A stretch of DNA of 64,000 nt, from the NCBI GenBank assembly GCA_038227875.1, contig JBBRPR010000003.1, forward strand, positions 160,001 to 224,000. The letters are read 5' to 3'. How positions within the stretch are numbered: position 1 is the stretch's first letter; the number at the start of each line of letters is the position of its first letter. Made by a program: the position numbers and the translations under genes. The stretch is from Planctomycetota bacterium. Its GTDB lineage: Bacteria > Planctomycetota > SZUA-567 > H5-PLA8. Positions 21,807 through 32,067 of the stretch are shown piece after piece. The notes under the pieces were generated by a model. It was given only the letters and a program-made list of their open reading frames with translations. It was not told the origin of the DNA and searched no databases.

Positions 21807-22097
21807 TTACTTGTTCGGCACAACCTTCATCACGCCGTTCGTATTGAAGTACACGCGACCTTCCGGGTACTCCCACGCGTAGATGCCGCTGTCCATGCCC
21901 TGCAGGCCTTCTTCGTAGATTGGCGTGTAGTGCGAGCCCATGATGCGCAGGACGTCGTTGTTGCCCATGCCCTTGCGGATCTGGCCCATGTCGTGAAACA
22001 TGTTCGGGCCGGTCAGCGACGGCACATCCGGGCGCGCACAGCCAGTGGCGGCTCCGCAAAACAACGCGAGGAGACACAGGGAAATCATTCTGCGCAC
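21807..22097 (-). CDS. Small lipoprotein (SmpA/BamE-like motif)
   Basis: GGAGG RBS; hydrophobic stretch ending ATGC (lipobox-like); IRKGMGNNDVLRIMG...WEY...VYF. Confidence 0.6.
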   Translation of the reverse strand: MRRMISLCLLALFCGAATGCARPDVPSLTGPNMFHDMGQIRKGMGNNDVLRIMGSHYTPIYEEGLQGMDSGIYAWEYPEGRVYFNTNGVMKVVPNK

Positions 22098-22162
22098 AAT
22101 CCACCTCCTGAAAAACACCGTCGAATCTGAACTCGCATTAACTGTGACGCGGAAGGAATAGA

Positions 22163-22606
22163 TTATTCCTTTTTGTCCTTCGCGTCCAGTTCTTCATCGT
22201 CATCTTCGTCCGCATCGACGGGATCGGAAGGATCGGTCGTCGGCGCAGCCACGCCGCCGTCGGAATCCGAGGCGCGGGCTTCCTTGATCTTATTTAAGAC
22301 ACCAAACGAGCGTTCGATCGAATCGTCCAGGGCAATGCTCACCCGCGGCGTCACGCGCGTCTGCATGCGCTTGCCGATGCGCGACTGGATCAGGCCCTTG
22401 GCGTCGTTGAGCGCATGCATGGTCCGCGATTTCACGCCGTCTTCGCCCAGCACCGAAACATAAATCGTGCAATACGAGAGATCGTTAGTCAGCTCCACGC
22501 CGGTCACCGTGCAGAAGCCCAGGCGCGGATCCGAGAGATCGTGCAGGATCATCTCCGCCGCCTCTTCGCGAATGGCTTCCCGCAATTTATCATTCCGTAA
22601 CGACAT
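22163..22606 (-). CDS. rbfA: Ribosome-binding factor A
   Basis: DPRLGFCTVTGVELTNDLSYCTIYVS, RVTP...DDSIE, and an acidic tail. Confidence 0.92.
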   Translation of the reverse strand: MSLRNDKLREAIREEAAEMILHDLSDPRLGFCTVTGVELTNDLSYCTIYVSVLGEDGVKSRTMHALNDAKGLIQSRIGKRMQTRVTPRVSIALDDSIERSFGVLNKIKEARASDSDGGVAAPTTDPSDPVDADEDDDEELDAKDKKE

Positions 22607-22642
22607 CGTTCCACTCCTGTACGTCACATCACGTTCTTTAAC

Positions 22643-22975
22643 TTACGCACGCGGAACCAATTTCACGCGGACGTCGCGCACGTTCAATCCCGCCGCTCGA
22701 AAGCAGTCTATCAGATTATGCTTCTGAAACCCCTCCAGTTCCTGAAAGAGAACGCTGGAGTCCGTTTCAATCGTGACGATGCCCACCTTGACGCTCGCCA
22801 CCGTCGCCCGCCCGGCCCGCTCGCCCAGCTGCTTCTGCAAAGCATCCTGAGCCAACCGCCGCCCCTTGAGCACCGCGGGACGCGGTTTGGCATCCTTGAC
22901 GATTTTTTTGACAAGGTCGCCGAAGTTGAAAGGGTTAACGGAGTCATTGGTCATTGGGGATTGGTCATCGGTCAT
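22643..22975 (-). CDS. DciA/DUF721-like protein (start uncertain; annotated N-terminus overlaps a repeat arm)
   Basis: Lies directly downstream of dnaN; GIVTIETDSSVLFQELEGFQKHNLI...VRDVRVK fits the DUF721 pattern. Confidence 0.7.
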   Translation of the reverse strand: MTDDQSPMTNDSVNPFNFGDLVKKIVKDAKPRPAVLKGRRLAQDALQKQLGERAGRATVASVKVGIVTIETDSSVLFQELEGFQKHNLIDCFRAAGLNVRDVRVKLVPRA

Positions 22976-23128
22976 TTTTCATTTAACAGCGCTTCGCCCT
23001 AGGCACATTGTCGTTCTAATAATGCGCTCTTGGTTCAAGACAGTCCACCAAAAACAGACGCTTCGCATAAAGCGAAGCGCTGTTAAATGACCCATGAAAA
23101 ATGACCGATGCCCAATGACCAATGACTC
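22941..23128. repeat. Inverted-repeat element, heptamer GGTCATT/AATGACC
   Basis: Arms 22941-22997 and 23072-23128 share ATTTAACAGCGCTTCGC / GCGAAGCGCTGTTAAAT. A solo arm lies at 42901-42943. Confidence 0.88.
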
Positions 23129-23132
23129 TGTT

Positions 23133-24242
23133 CTAGTTACTCGGGTTCGCCGGCATGATCACATACAAAAATTCCTGCCCCTCGCGCAGCACGCCAGGCC
23201 GGGTCGCGTCTTTCAGTTCCACGCGGACGGTATCCGACGTCAGCACTTTCAGCGCATCCTGCAGCAGCTGCGGATTGAAGCCGACGGTCAGCGATTCGCC
23301 GTTGTATTCGGCTTCCAGCGTCACTGAGGCATGGCCCTTGTCCGGCGAACGCGCTTCGACCAGACACGTGCCGGGCGAGAACGTCAGCGAGACGATGCGG
23401 GTTTCGTCGCTGGTGAGGAACACGGCCTTGCGCAGCGCCTGGAGCAACGCGTCGCGCTTGAACGTGATTTCCTTGTCGGCGTCCTTCGGAATCACCTGCT
23501 GGTACTTTGGGAAAATGCCTTCGACCACCAGGCTCGAGAGCGTCACTGCGCTGCCGCAGACCAGCACAGAGCGCCCGCGGACGGCGATCTGCAGATCTTC
23601 GCCGCTGGGGACGTTGTCGCAGAGCTTCCGGATTTCCGACATCATCTTGATCGGAACGATGACGCCTTCTTCCAGTCCGCCGGCTCCCTTGAGCTTCTTC
23701 TTTGCATAAGCCAGGCGGCGGCCATCGGTGGCGACCACTTCAAGTACCTTGTCTTTGCACTGAATGAACACACCGTTGATCGCGTAACGACCCTGCTCGC
23801 GCGCGGCGGCGTAAATCGTGCGGTCGATCATCTTGGCCATTTCGGCCGCGGGGATCGAGAGCGTCGGGCCTTCGCCCATGCTTGGGACTTCCGGAAAATC
23901 TGACGACTCCTGGCCGAGTAATTCGAAGCGATCGCGGCCGACCGTAAGCAGACCCTTGGGTCCGGTGGTCTCCAGCGTCACGACGTCCTCGGTGCACTCT
24001 TTGAGTAGACCGGCGAGCGTGATACAGGGGAGGCACAGCGAAACGGGAGATTCCAGCGACTCGGCTTTCAGTCGATAACGCAGGCCGACTTCCATGTCGG
24101 TCGCCTGGATTTCGAGGTTGCCTTCGGCATCGCCGACCAGCAACGCGTTCTTCAAGCTCGGGCGCGCTCCGCGCAAAGGAACCACCGCGGCGGCTGCCGA
24201 CAGCGCTGCTGTAAAGGGTTCTCGCTTGACGACGACCTTCAT
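23133..24242 (-). CDS. dnaN: DNA polymerase III beta sliding clamp
   Basis: ATDMEVG, RYAINGV, VATDGRRLA, GIFPKYQQVIP, GFNPQLL and YVIMP; GGAGG RBS before ATG 24242. Confidence 0.96.
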   Translation of the reverse strand: MKVVVKREPFTAALSAAAAVVPLRGARPSLKNALLVGDAEGNLEIQATDMEVGLRYRLKAESLESPVSLCLPCITLAGLLKECTEDVVTLETTGPKGLLTVGRDRFELLGQESSDFPEVPSMGEGPTLSIPAAEMAKMIDRTIYAAAREQGRYAINGVFIQCKDKVLEVVATDGRRLAYAKKKLKGAGGLEEGVIVPIKMMSEIRKLCDNVPSGEDLQIAVRGRSVLVCGSAVTLSSLVVEGIFPKYQQVIPKDADKEITFKRDALLQALRKAVFLTSDETRIVSLTFSPGTCLVEARSPDKGHASVTLEAEYNGESLTVGFNPQLLQDALKVLTSDTVRVELKDATRPGVLREGQEFLYVIMPANPSN

Positions 24243-24923
24243 TTCTGACCTCCCATTATTAAATCTCTTCACCACCGTATGTTGGCGTCAAAGCTGTGAA
24301 CAACTTTATCTGGCGAGCGCTTAACTCTGTATACGACGAAGCTTCCACGCGATACAGCGCAGAACAAAGAGTGTCGATAACCTGTGGAAAATACAGAGTC
24401 AATTGGGAAAAGACAACAACCGCCTCGCGCCGAGAAACCACCAGCATTGGGGTCGCAAAAAGCAGCTCGCCGCGATAGCTGGGGCCAAGCAGGGAAATGA
24501 TAGGGAGTTTCCGTGACGCCACGATGTGCCTGGCAGTTGTGGGTGTCAGTGGAGAACCGGGAAGAGTAACCGACGGCCATTTCGGCGCCCCAGCCGTATG
24601 TTTTCCACTGTTTCCCCGGCGCGCAAAAACCAGCGCGATCATCAGAGCGGAGATCAATAGAGGTAGAAAAAATGCGGGCATAAGCGTTCTCGAAGATCAA
24701 CATCGGTTGCCTGTCGCGGCGAAAAATAGCACGATCGACGTCGAACTTCCGCCGGGCAGCGCGCGAGTGTAAGTGCTTTTCGGCGTCAGTCAAACACTCC
24801 GATTTCGCATTGGTAAATGGACGTCCGTTTGGAATACTGGCTGCGGCAAGAACGATCCAGAAAATTGGTCACGCGATCTGTCCCGAGCTTCGCATCGGAA
24901 CGGACTGAAAGGCGGAATTTCCC
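24243..24923. other. Candidate replication origin (oriC)
   Basis: Long intergenic region upstream of dnaN with DnaA-box-like 9-mers: TTTTCCACA (24383-24391, minus), TTATCGACA (24372-24380, minus), TTGTTCACA (24295-24303, minus) and TTTTCCACT (24601-24609, plus). Confidence 0.55.
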
Positions 24924-26966
24924 ATGATGCAATCCCCACGTTTCACCCGCGGCCTGCTGGCGCTGACGCTGGCCCTATCCGCCTGTGCGATTCCCGCGCG
25001 CTCTTTATTCGCTGAGGACGCCGCCGACGCATACTCCGAAGAAAAGATCAAAGGGTACATCGGTGATCTCGGCAACGAAGACTTCGCCAAGCGCCAGGCC
25101 GCCGAGAAGGAACTGGGCAAGGCCGGCGTCAAAGCGCAGAAGCAGCTTGAAGCCGTCAAGGATTCCACCGACGTTCAGGTCAAGACCACCGCGCAGCACC
25201 TGCTTTCAAAATTGAAATTCGCCGCGCTGCCGCCCGTCGACTACCTGGACCTGTTGCCGGCCAAGAGCGTCGTGGTGTTGCGTGCCGCCAATCTGGCGGG
25301 AACCGTTGAGAACGCAAAGAAGAGCGCCATCGCGCGCATGTTCGATCTGCCTGCGTTCGAACCGTTCAAAAAGAAGTTCAAGGACCAGATGGATAAGAAG
25401 CCCGACGCCGAAAAAATGGTCGACGGCTGGATCAAGCGTTTCAGCGGCCAGTTCGCCGCCGCGATCCTGGAGATCAACCCCCTCGCGCAGGACGTGAAGA
25501 TGGCCGCGATCGCGGAAATTACCGATCCGGATCCGAGCAAAGTCTACGCAGAAATGCTTACTGAAATTCACCTCGAAGGCCAGGCCAGCTCCTACGGTGA
25601 CGTCGACTACATCGAAGGCCCCAACAACCAGGGCGCCGCCGCGCTGCTGGGCAAGCACGTGATCCTGGCCAACAATGTCGGCGCGCTGAAAATGATCGTC
25701 GACGCCTTCACCACGCCGGGAAAGTACAGCACGTCCGACAACTTCGCCAAGGTCAAGCCCTCACTCGGCGCCAAGCCCGAATTGCTGGCCACCGTCGACA
25801 TCGAAAGCCTGATCAAAACGCTCAGCGCCGTTCCGCTACCGTTCTCGATCGACGAAATCCTCTCGACCAGCGGCCTGAAGAATTTGAAGTACGCCGCCTA
25901 CGCCAGCAACATCGCCACCGATAGCTTTGAAGACCGCATCGTCCAGGTCCTCAATGGCCCTCCGACCGGCATGAACGCCGCCTACGTGGCCCCCGCCGGC
26001 ATTGCCCCGCTCAACGCCGCCGCGCTGGCCCCGCAGAACGCCATCGCCATCGCCGCGATCTTCTTCGACGGCGCGAAGTTTCATGCCGGCATGATGGAAT
26101 ACCTCGCCTCGATGCGCAAAATGAAAGAGAACATCCAGAACATGGGCGGCATGCCCCCGGACAACGCCAACGATCCGGAAGCGCAGTTGAAGAAATTCGA
26201 AGAAACCACCGGGCTGAAAGTCGCCGACCTCGCCGCCACGATTAAAGGCGAAGCCGCCATCTGGGTCGTCCCCGCCACGGGTGCCATTCCCGGCGCGCCG
26301 GACATCGGCGGCGTGATCACCTGCGACAGCCCCGAAAAAGCCGCCGTCCTCAGCGACGCCCTGATCAAGATCGCGAACTTTGGCCGCGAGAAGGACAAGT
26401 CCGTCGTCACCGACAACCCCTATAAGAACCGCGTCATCCACCAGGTCGACGTCGCCGCGCTCAACCCCAACACGCCCAAGGAAATTCCCTACGTCCCCGC
26501 GTGGACCGTCGACGCCAACCGCATCTACGTCGGCTCGACGCCCGCCGTGCTGCAAAAGCAGATCTCCAACATCGACACCAAGGCGCCTGGCCTCCTGACC
26601 CAGCAGGACTTCGTCAAAGCGATCGGCACGCTGACCGAAGAGGAACGCAAAGGCTCAATGCTCTATGTCGACGCCAAAACGCTCCTGACGATGGGCGCGA
26701 CAATCGGCCTGCCGCTGCTCCAGGTTCAGAGCAAGGATGAAGTCCTGAAGAAAGCGCTCGCCGCCCTGCCGCCGGCCGCCGACCTCTTCAAAGACATCCC
26801 GCCGCTGATCGGATCCAGCGTGATAAACGGCACCGACTCCAAAGTCCTGCTCCGCGCCCCGGTCCCGCCCATTCCGACCCTGATCACCGCCCTGATCGCC
26901 ATGACCCTCTTCAACAACCGCGAACTGCTGGGCCTGGGCGATATGCTCCCGGACGAGGGGAAGTAA
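24924..26966 (+). CDS. Hypothetical exported protein with N-terminal HEAT-like helical module
   Basis: Signal peptide; IGDLGNEDFAKRQAAEKELGKAG...DVQVKTTA; codon usage typical of the window. Confidence 0.75.
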   Translation: MMQSPRFTRGLLALTLALSACAIPARSLFAEDAADAYSEEKIKGYIGDLGNEDFAKRQAAEKELGKAGVKAQKQLEAVKDSTDVQVKTTAQHLLSKLKFAALPPVDYLDLLPAKSVVVLRAANLAGTVENAKKSAIARMFDLPAFEPFKKKFKDQMDKKPDAEKMVDGWIKRFSGQFAAAILEINPLAQDVKMAAIAEITDPDPSKVYAEMLTEIHLEGQASSYGDVDYIEGPNNQGAAALLGKHVILANNVGALKMIVDAFTTPGKYSTSDNFAKVKPSLGAKPELLATVDIESLIKTLSAVPLPFSIDEILSTSGLKNLKYAAYASNIATDSFEDRIVQVLNGPPTGMNAAYVAPAGIAPLNAAALAPQNAIAIAAIFFDGAKFHAGMMEYLASMRKMKENIQNMGGMPPDNANDPEAQLKKFEETTGLKVADLAATIKGEAAIWVVPATGAIPGAPDIGGVITCDSPEKAAVLSDALIKIANFGREKDKSVVTDNPYKNRVIHQVDVAALNPNTPKEIPYVPAWTVDANRIYVGSTPAVLQKQISNIDTKAPGLLTQQDFVKAIGTLTEEERKGSMLYVDAKTLLTMGATIGLPLLQVQSKDEVLKKALAALPPAADLFKDIPPLIGSSVINGTDSKVLLRAPVPPIPTLITALIAMTLFNNRELLGLGDMLPDEGK

Positions 26967-27080
26967 AGAAAAACGGGGTTCGCCGAAGCGGATTCGCGGC
27001 GAATCCCGACTCCCGAATTCCCATTCCCGCTGTTGCCGTAGCTGTTCTTTGCGTCGTTGCGTCTTTGCGAGAGATTAGAA

Positions 27081-27368
27081 ATGGGACGCTTGGTGATCCG
27101 CCCGGGCCTCTACAACGGTGACGTCCCGCCGACCAAGAGCGTCCTGCTGGTCCTGATGGAACAGCGCTACCCCATCCATTTCTCCTGCCGGCGCGGCTTG
27201 TGCGGGCAGGATCTGATCCGCATCATCAGCGGTTGGGAATTCCTGAATCCCATCGGGGATCTGGAAGACGGCACGCTGACTCTGCTCCGCGCCAAGGATT
27301 CCCCCATGCGCATGGCCTGTTGTGCTAAAGTGATCGGCGAAGGGGAAGTGGTCGTCGAAGTGGTCTAA
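27081..27368 (+). CDS. 2Fe-2S ferredoxin-like protein
   Basis: FSCRRGLCGQD...RMACCAKV (fer2-type spacing, third ligand Asp). Confidence 0.75.
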   Translation: MGRLVIRPGLYNGDVPPTKSVLLVLMEQRYPIHFSCRRGLCGQDLIRIISGWEFLNPIGDLEDGTLTLLRAKDSPMRMACCAKVIGEGEVVVEVV

Positions 27369-27386
27369 CTAGAGGGAGATTCAATC

Positions 27387-28334
<948 letters not shown>

Positions 28335-28368
28335 AACAGAGTCATCGGTCAATCCGGGAGCCGCATAC

Positions 28369-29169
28369 ATGTCTCAGTTCCGCCTGATGTCCTTCAATCT
28401 TCGCGGTTCGTTCCTCAAGCACGATGGCGAGAATATCTGGGAGAAGCGGGCGGAGCTGAACATCGAAACCGTGCGCCACGCCGCGGCGCACCTGATCGCC
28501 TTCCAGGAATTGCAGCTCGGCAATCTGCAGGCGTACGAACGCGCGCTGCCGGAGTACGAATTTCTGCTCGGCCCCAAATACAACAACCACGCGCCGTATT
28601 GCTACCTGTCCGTATTCTGGCGGCCGCAGACGCTCGCCAAAATCGCCAGCGGCGAATTCTGGATCAGCGAAACCCCTGAACGTCATTCCGGCGGGTGGGA
28701 CACGGAATACATCCGCGCTGCGCATTGGGTGCGCTTCCGCACCCAGGCCGGCGGGCACGAATTCGTCTTCATCAACACTCACCTGGACAACACCGGCGAG
28801 CGTGCGCGCAGCGAAGGCGCCCGCATTATCCTGGAACAGCTCCCGAAATTCGCGCCCAGTCCGCTGCCCGTGATCATCGCCGGCGACTTCAACTGCAACC
28901 CCGGCAGCGATCCCTACCAGCGCTTCATAAAAGGCGGATTCGCCGACACGTTCCGCGTCTCCGGACTGCAGGACGGCGAGCAGACGATTACGTTCCACGC
29001 CTTCAAGGGAGCATTTAACGGCCGCGATTCGCGCATCGACTGGATCCTGACGCGCGATGGCACATCGAAAATCAAGCCCACGCAATTTCAGATCGTAACC
29101 ACCGCCAAACCGCCACTCTACCCCAGCGACCACTACCCGATTCACACGGATCTGGAGTGGGTTCAATAG
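28369..29169 (+). CDS. Endonuclease/exonuclease/phosphatase family protein
   Basis: MSFNLR, FQE, NTHLD, GDFN, RIDWI and SDHYP. Confidence 0.92.
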   Translation: MSQFRLMSFNLRGSFLKHDGENIWEKRAELNIETVRHAAAHLIAFQELQLGNLQAYERALPEYEFLLGPKYNNHAPYCYLSVFWRPQTLAKIASGEFWISETPERHSGGWDTEYIRAAHWVRFRTQAGGHEFVFINTHLDNTGERARSEGARIILEQLPKFAPSPLPVIIAGDFNCNPGSDPYQRFIKGGFADTFRVSGLQDGEQTITFHAFKGAFNGRDSRIDWILTRDGTSKIKPTQFQIVTTAKPPLYPSDHYPIHTDLEWVQ

Positions 29170-29221
29170 CCCGCAGAGACGTCAGCGTCTCGTGTTTCGC
29201 GGTTCTAATCGTCGTCGCGAT

Positions 29222-30613
29222 CTACGGCTTGTCGGCCTTTTTTTCAATCTGTGAAACGCCCAGATCGTCAATGTAAAAGGTGAGCGGCTGCGCTCGATCG
29301 GTCGTGATCTTCACGCTCTTCAATTCCTTGAACTGCGCCAGTTCGGGCACACTCTTGAATAGGGCTCGATTTCCGGCACCGTTTATGACTTCGCTCACCC
29401 GAGCTTGTTTGCCGCCGTCTCCGTTAAGCTCAAAGTTCAAGGTCATCGGCGCCTTATCGAGTTCGTCGAAATAAACCTGGCAACCGAATAAATTACGATC
29501 GGTATCGACAACGATTGAGTTTCCCGCCGGAGCGGTGTACAGCAGCGAGCCGCCCGGATTCAATTTCACCTCCAAACTGTGCGACCCGAAGCCAGCCCAT
29601 TTGGTGCTCAGCGCAATCGAGCCGTCGCTGACTTTCCAGTACGCCACATCCGCATCCGTTTCCACATCGCCGCCGGGAAGCGCGGGGACGCTGCGCCACG
29701 AACGTTTCGCCCGCCCGCCGGGCGTCGACCCCAGCACGGAAGACAATTCAATCTGCGTGTCGCCGTGAATCCAATTCAGATAGTCCACGACCGACGCCAG
29801 GTAGTACTGCATCGGCGTGTAGAGATCGCCGTCCATATTCGGATACGCCGACGCATCCGCGACGAAGATGCGAATCTGCCCGGCTTTCTCCGCCTCTTCC
29901 AGCGGCTTGAACTCCGCGGGCTCCAGGGCCTGGTCGCTCGGTTGGTCCTGGATCTTGATGCCGCGCCGCGATTGCGCTCCCTCCGGCAGGACCATCTTGA
30001 ACCCCGTCCCGGTCTTCTCATCAAAGCCGTCCGCCTGGAATTTATACCCCGCTCCTTCGACGCTGACGCCCGCTTTCAATTCAATGCCGTACAACGCGAA
30101 CAATTTGATCGTCGCCGCTCTGGCCGCCTCGGTGTCAAAGATGCCCACATAGGAATTGCCGTAGCTGATGGGGATATGCGGATACTTGACGGGGGGATTG
30201 ATGGCCAGTTCGCGATGAAGATTGATGGTGGTCTCCCCACCCCAGTTGCTCTTGCCCGCAGCACCCAGCACCTCCGTGACCAGCTGATCGACCTTGGCTT
30301 TGAACGCCGCATCGCTGTGCGTCGTCGGGTGAGCCGCCAATGGCGCAAGTGGCGCGCGCGACACGCGAGGCGCGTCCGTCGCCGTCGGCGCGGGATCCGT
30401 GGGCGGCGGAACTCCAGGCGTCGGAGGCGGCGTGGTTACCGGCGGTTTCTGGCTCACGCCGCAACCCGTCAGCAGCACCGCGCCCACCAGCAGCGTTTTC
30501 GATGAGAAACGCTTAAATAGGCTGGGCCGCAGTAACTCATGGATCTCCTGCGCTGTCAGCGTCCGCGGATAGCCGGGCACATAGTCAGGCTTTACGGGCG
30601 ATAGCTGGCTCAT
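29222..30613 (-). CDS. Lipoprotein with unusually long N-terminal leader, radical SAM-associated
   Basis: Lipobox LLTGC at about residue 50, after the leader PVKPDYVPGYP; Pro-rich linker; CBM-like C-terminus ending FYIDDL; overlaps the rSAM gene end. Confidence 0.7.
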   Translation of the reverse strand: MSQLSPVKPDYVPGYPRTLTAQEIHELLRPSLFKRFSSKTLLVGAVLLTGCGVSQKPPVTTPPPTPGVPPPTDPAPTATDAPRVSRAPLAPLAAHPTTHSDAAFKAKVDQLVTEVLGAAGKSNWGGETTINLHRELAINPPVKYPHIPISYGNSYVGIFDTEAARAATIKLFALYGIELKAGVSVEGAGYKFQADGFDEKTGTGFKMVLPEGAQSRRGIKIQDQPSDQALEPAEFKPLEEAEKAGQIRIFVADASAYPNMDGDLYTPMQYYLASVVDYLNWIHGDTQIELSSVLGSTPGGRAKRSWRSVPALPGGDVETDADVAYWKVSDGSIALSTKWAGFGSHSLEVKLNPGGSLLYTAPAGNSIVVDTDRNLFGCQVYFDELDKAPMTLNFELNGDGGKQARVSEVINGAGNRALFKSVPELAQFKELKSVKITTDRAQPLTFYIDDLGVSQIEKKADKP

Positions 30614-31739
30614 GTTCTGCCTCCAGAGATTCGATCAGTTTCTCGACGCTCGATAACATGTTGAAACTCGCGCTGTATTGCCGCAGCAGAAACTCCGGCG
30701 TCTTTTCCGTGTAGAGCGCCGCGGCCACCGCATCGATGATGAACAGCGTCTGCTGTTCGGTCAGGCACAAGCTCTCGGGCGGCTGATTGGCCTTCCCCGT
30801 TGTGCGCAGGTTGACGCAGGCGCAATTGTTGTTGCAGCGCTCGCGCACGCCGCAGCCGCTGCACTCCTCGGGCAGCCCGCCGCGTTCGCTGGCCATGGCG
30901 CGAACGCTCGGCGCATCCAGCCAGCTCGCGGCGCTGCCCAGTGGATGCAGCCGCCGGTAAAAATATTCCACACAGCCATAAAGCGTGCCGTCCGGCCCGA
31001 CCGTCACCTGCGAAATTCCCGGGCAGCAGCGCTGCCAGTCCTTGGGGCGCGTGTGCTGGGATATGCGTGAGTCAAACGGTTCAAAATGGAAATGCTCCCG
31101 CTGCCGCAGCAGCTGCCGGTAAAATTGAGCGATCACTGCATACTGCTTTCGCAACGCGTCGATGCTCGCCGCATCCCACCGCGCGGTGTAATCCAGCGCG
31201 CTGACGAAAATGCGCGCCCCCTCGTCCCACAGGAATTGCCGCGACTGCGCAAACCAGCGCGCGTTCTGCGGCGTGACCACGGAATACACACCAAAGGGCC
31301 GTCGCGCCGCCACCAGCCGCCGCAACGCCGCCAGCGCCGCTTCGTAACTGCTCGTTCCATCCGGCCGCACGCGTCCGGCATCCTGAGCCTGGCGGATGCC
31401 ATCGAAACTCAACGAAACAAACAAGCCCCACCGTCCCGCTTCCTCAATGATCGCGTCGTCGAGCAGCAATCCATTGGTCGGAACTTTGGCCGTGATCGGA
31501 ATTCCACTTCGCCGCTCCAGCGTGCGGGCATAGCGCAACACCTCGAAGAGCCGCTCCGCGCGCAACAGCGGTTCGCCGCCGAAAAACGTCAGCGAAAGCC
31601 GCTCCGAACTGCGCGACACCGCTGAATTCAACGCCGACATCGCAATCTCCAACGGCATTTCCGTACGGATAAAATCCTTCTGATAGCAATAACGGCATCG
31701 CAGATTGCAGTCTTCGGTCATGATCAAGGTTAAGTCCAT
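30585..31739 (-). CDS. Radical SAM / SPASM-domain protein
   Basis: CNLRCRYC and FFGGEPLL; SPASM-type cysteines CCPG...DGTLYGC...CSGCGVRERCNNNCAC...C. Confidence 0.92.
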   Translation of the reverse strand: MDLTLIMTEDCNLRCRYCYQKDFIRTEMPLEIAMSALNSAVSRSSERLSLTFFGGEPLLRAERLFEVLRYARTLERRSGIPITAKVPTNGLLLDDAIIEEAGRWGLFVSLSFDGIRQAQDAGRVRPDGTSSYEAALAALRRLVAARRPFGVYSVVTPQNARWFAQSRQFLWDEGARIFVSALDYTARWDAASIDALRKQYAVIAQFYRQLLRQREHFHFEPFDSRISQHTRPKDWQRCCPGISQVTVGPDGTLYGCVEYFYRRLHPLGSAASWLDAPSVRAMASERGGLPEECSGCGVRERCNNNCACVNLRTTGKANQPPESLCLTEQQTLFIIDAVAAALYTEKTPEFLLRQYSASFNMLSSVEKLIESLEAEHEPAIARKA

Positions 31740-32067
31740 AAAGGCACTCCACTGAGCCCGTTTGAAAAGCTCTATACCGCCAGGTTTCCCCGAGCTGCTA
31801 CATGTTGCTTACGTCTTGTAAGATGCTTTCTGGTACTGAAAGTTGCTAAAAACTCTTTTTTCAGTCCAACGGAAGTGCACGTATGCAGGCGCGTTCCCAA
31901 TGAATGGTGTCCCTAAAGATTCGGACTTCGACTCAGAAAGCCATCCATTTGATATTTGAGGGACCGGTTTGTTGCGCAGCGGTGCCGGTTTCTTGCTGCT
32001 TCTACTTCATTTCGAGATAGTGTTTATACAAATTGAATACCGATCCTTCTTTTACGTGGAACTCGTT

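Noticed and set aside
24259..24793. ORFs upstream of dnaN as a dnaA remnant
   Set aside because: No Walker A or DnaA motifs; the region is better explained as non-coding DNA with DnaA boxes.
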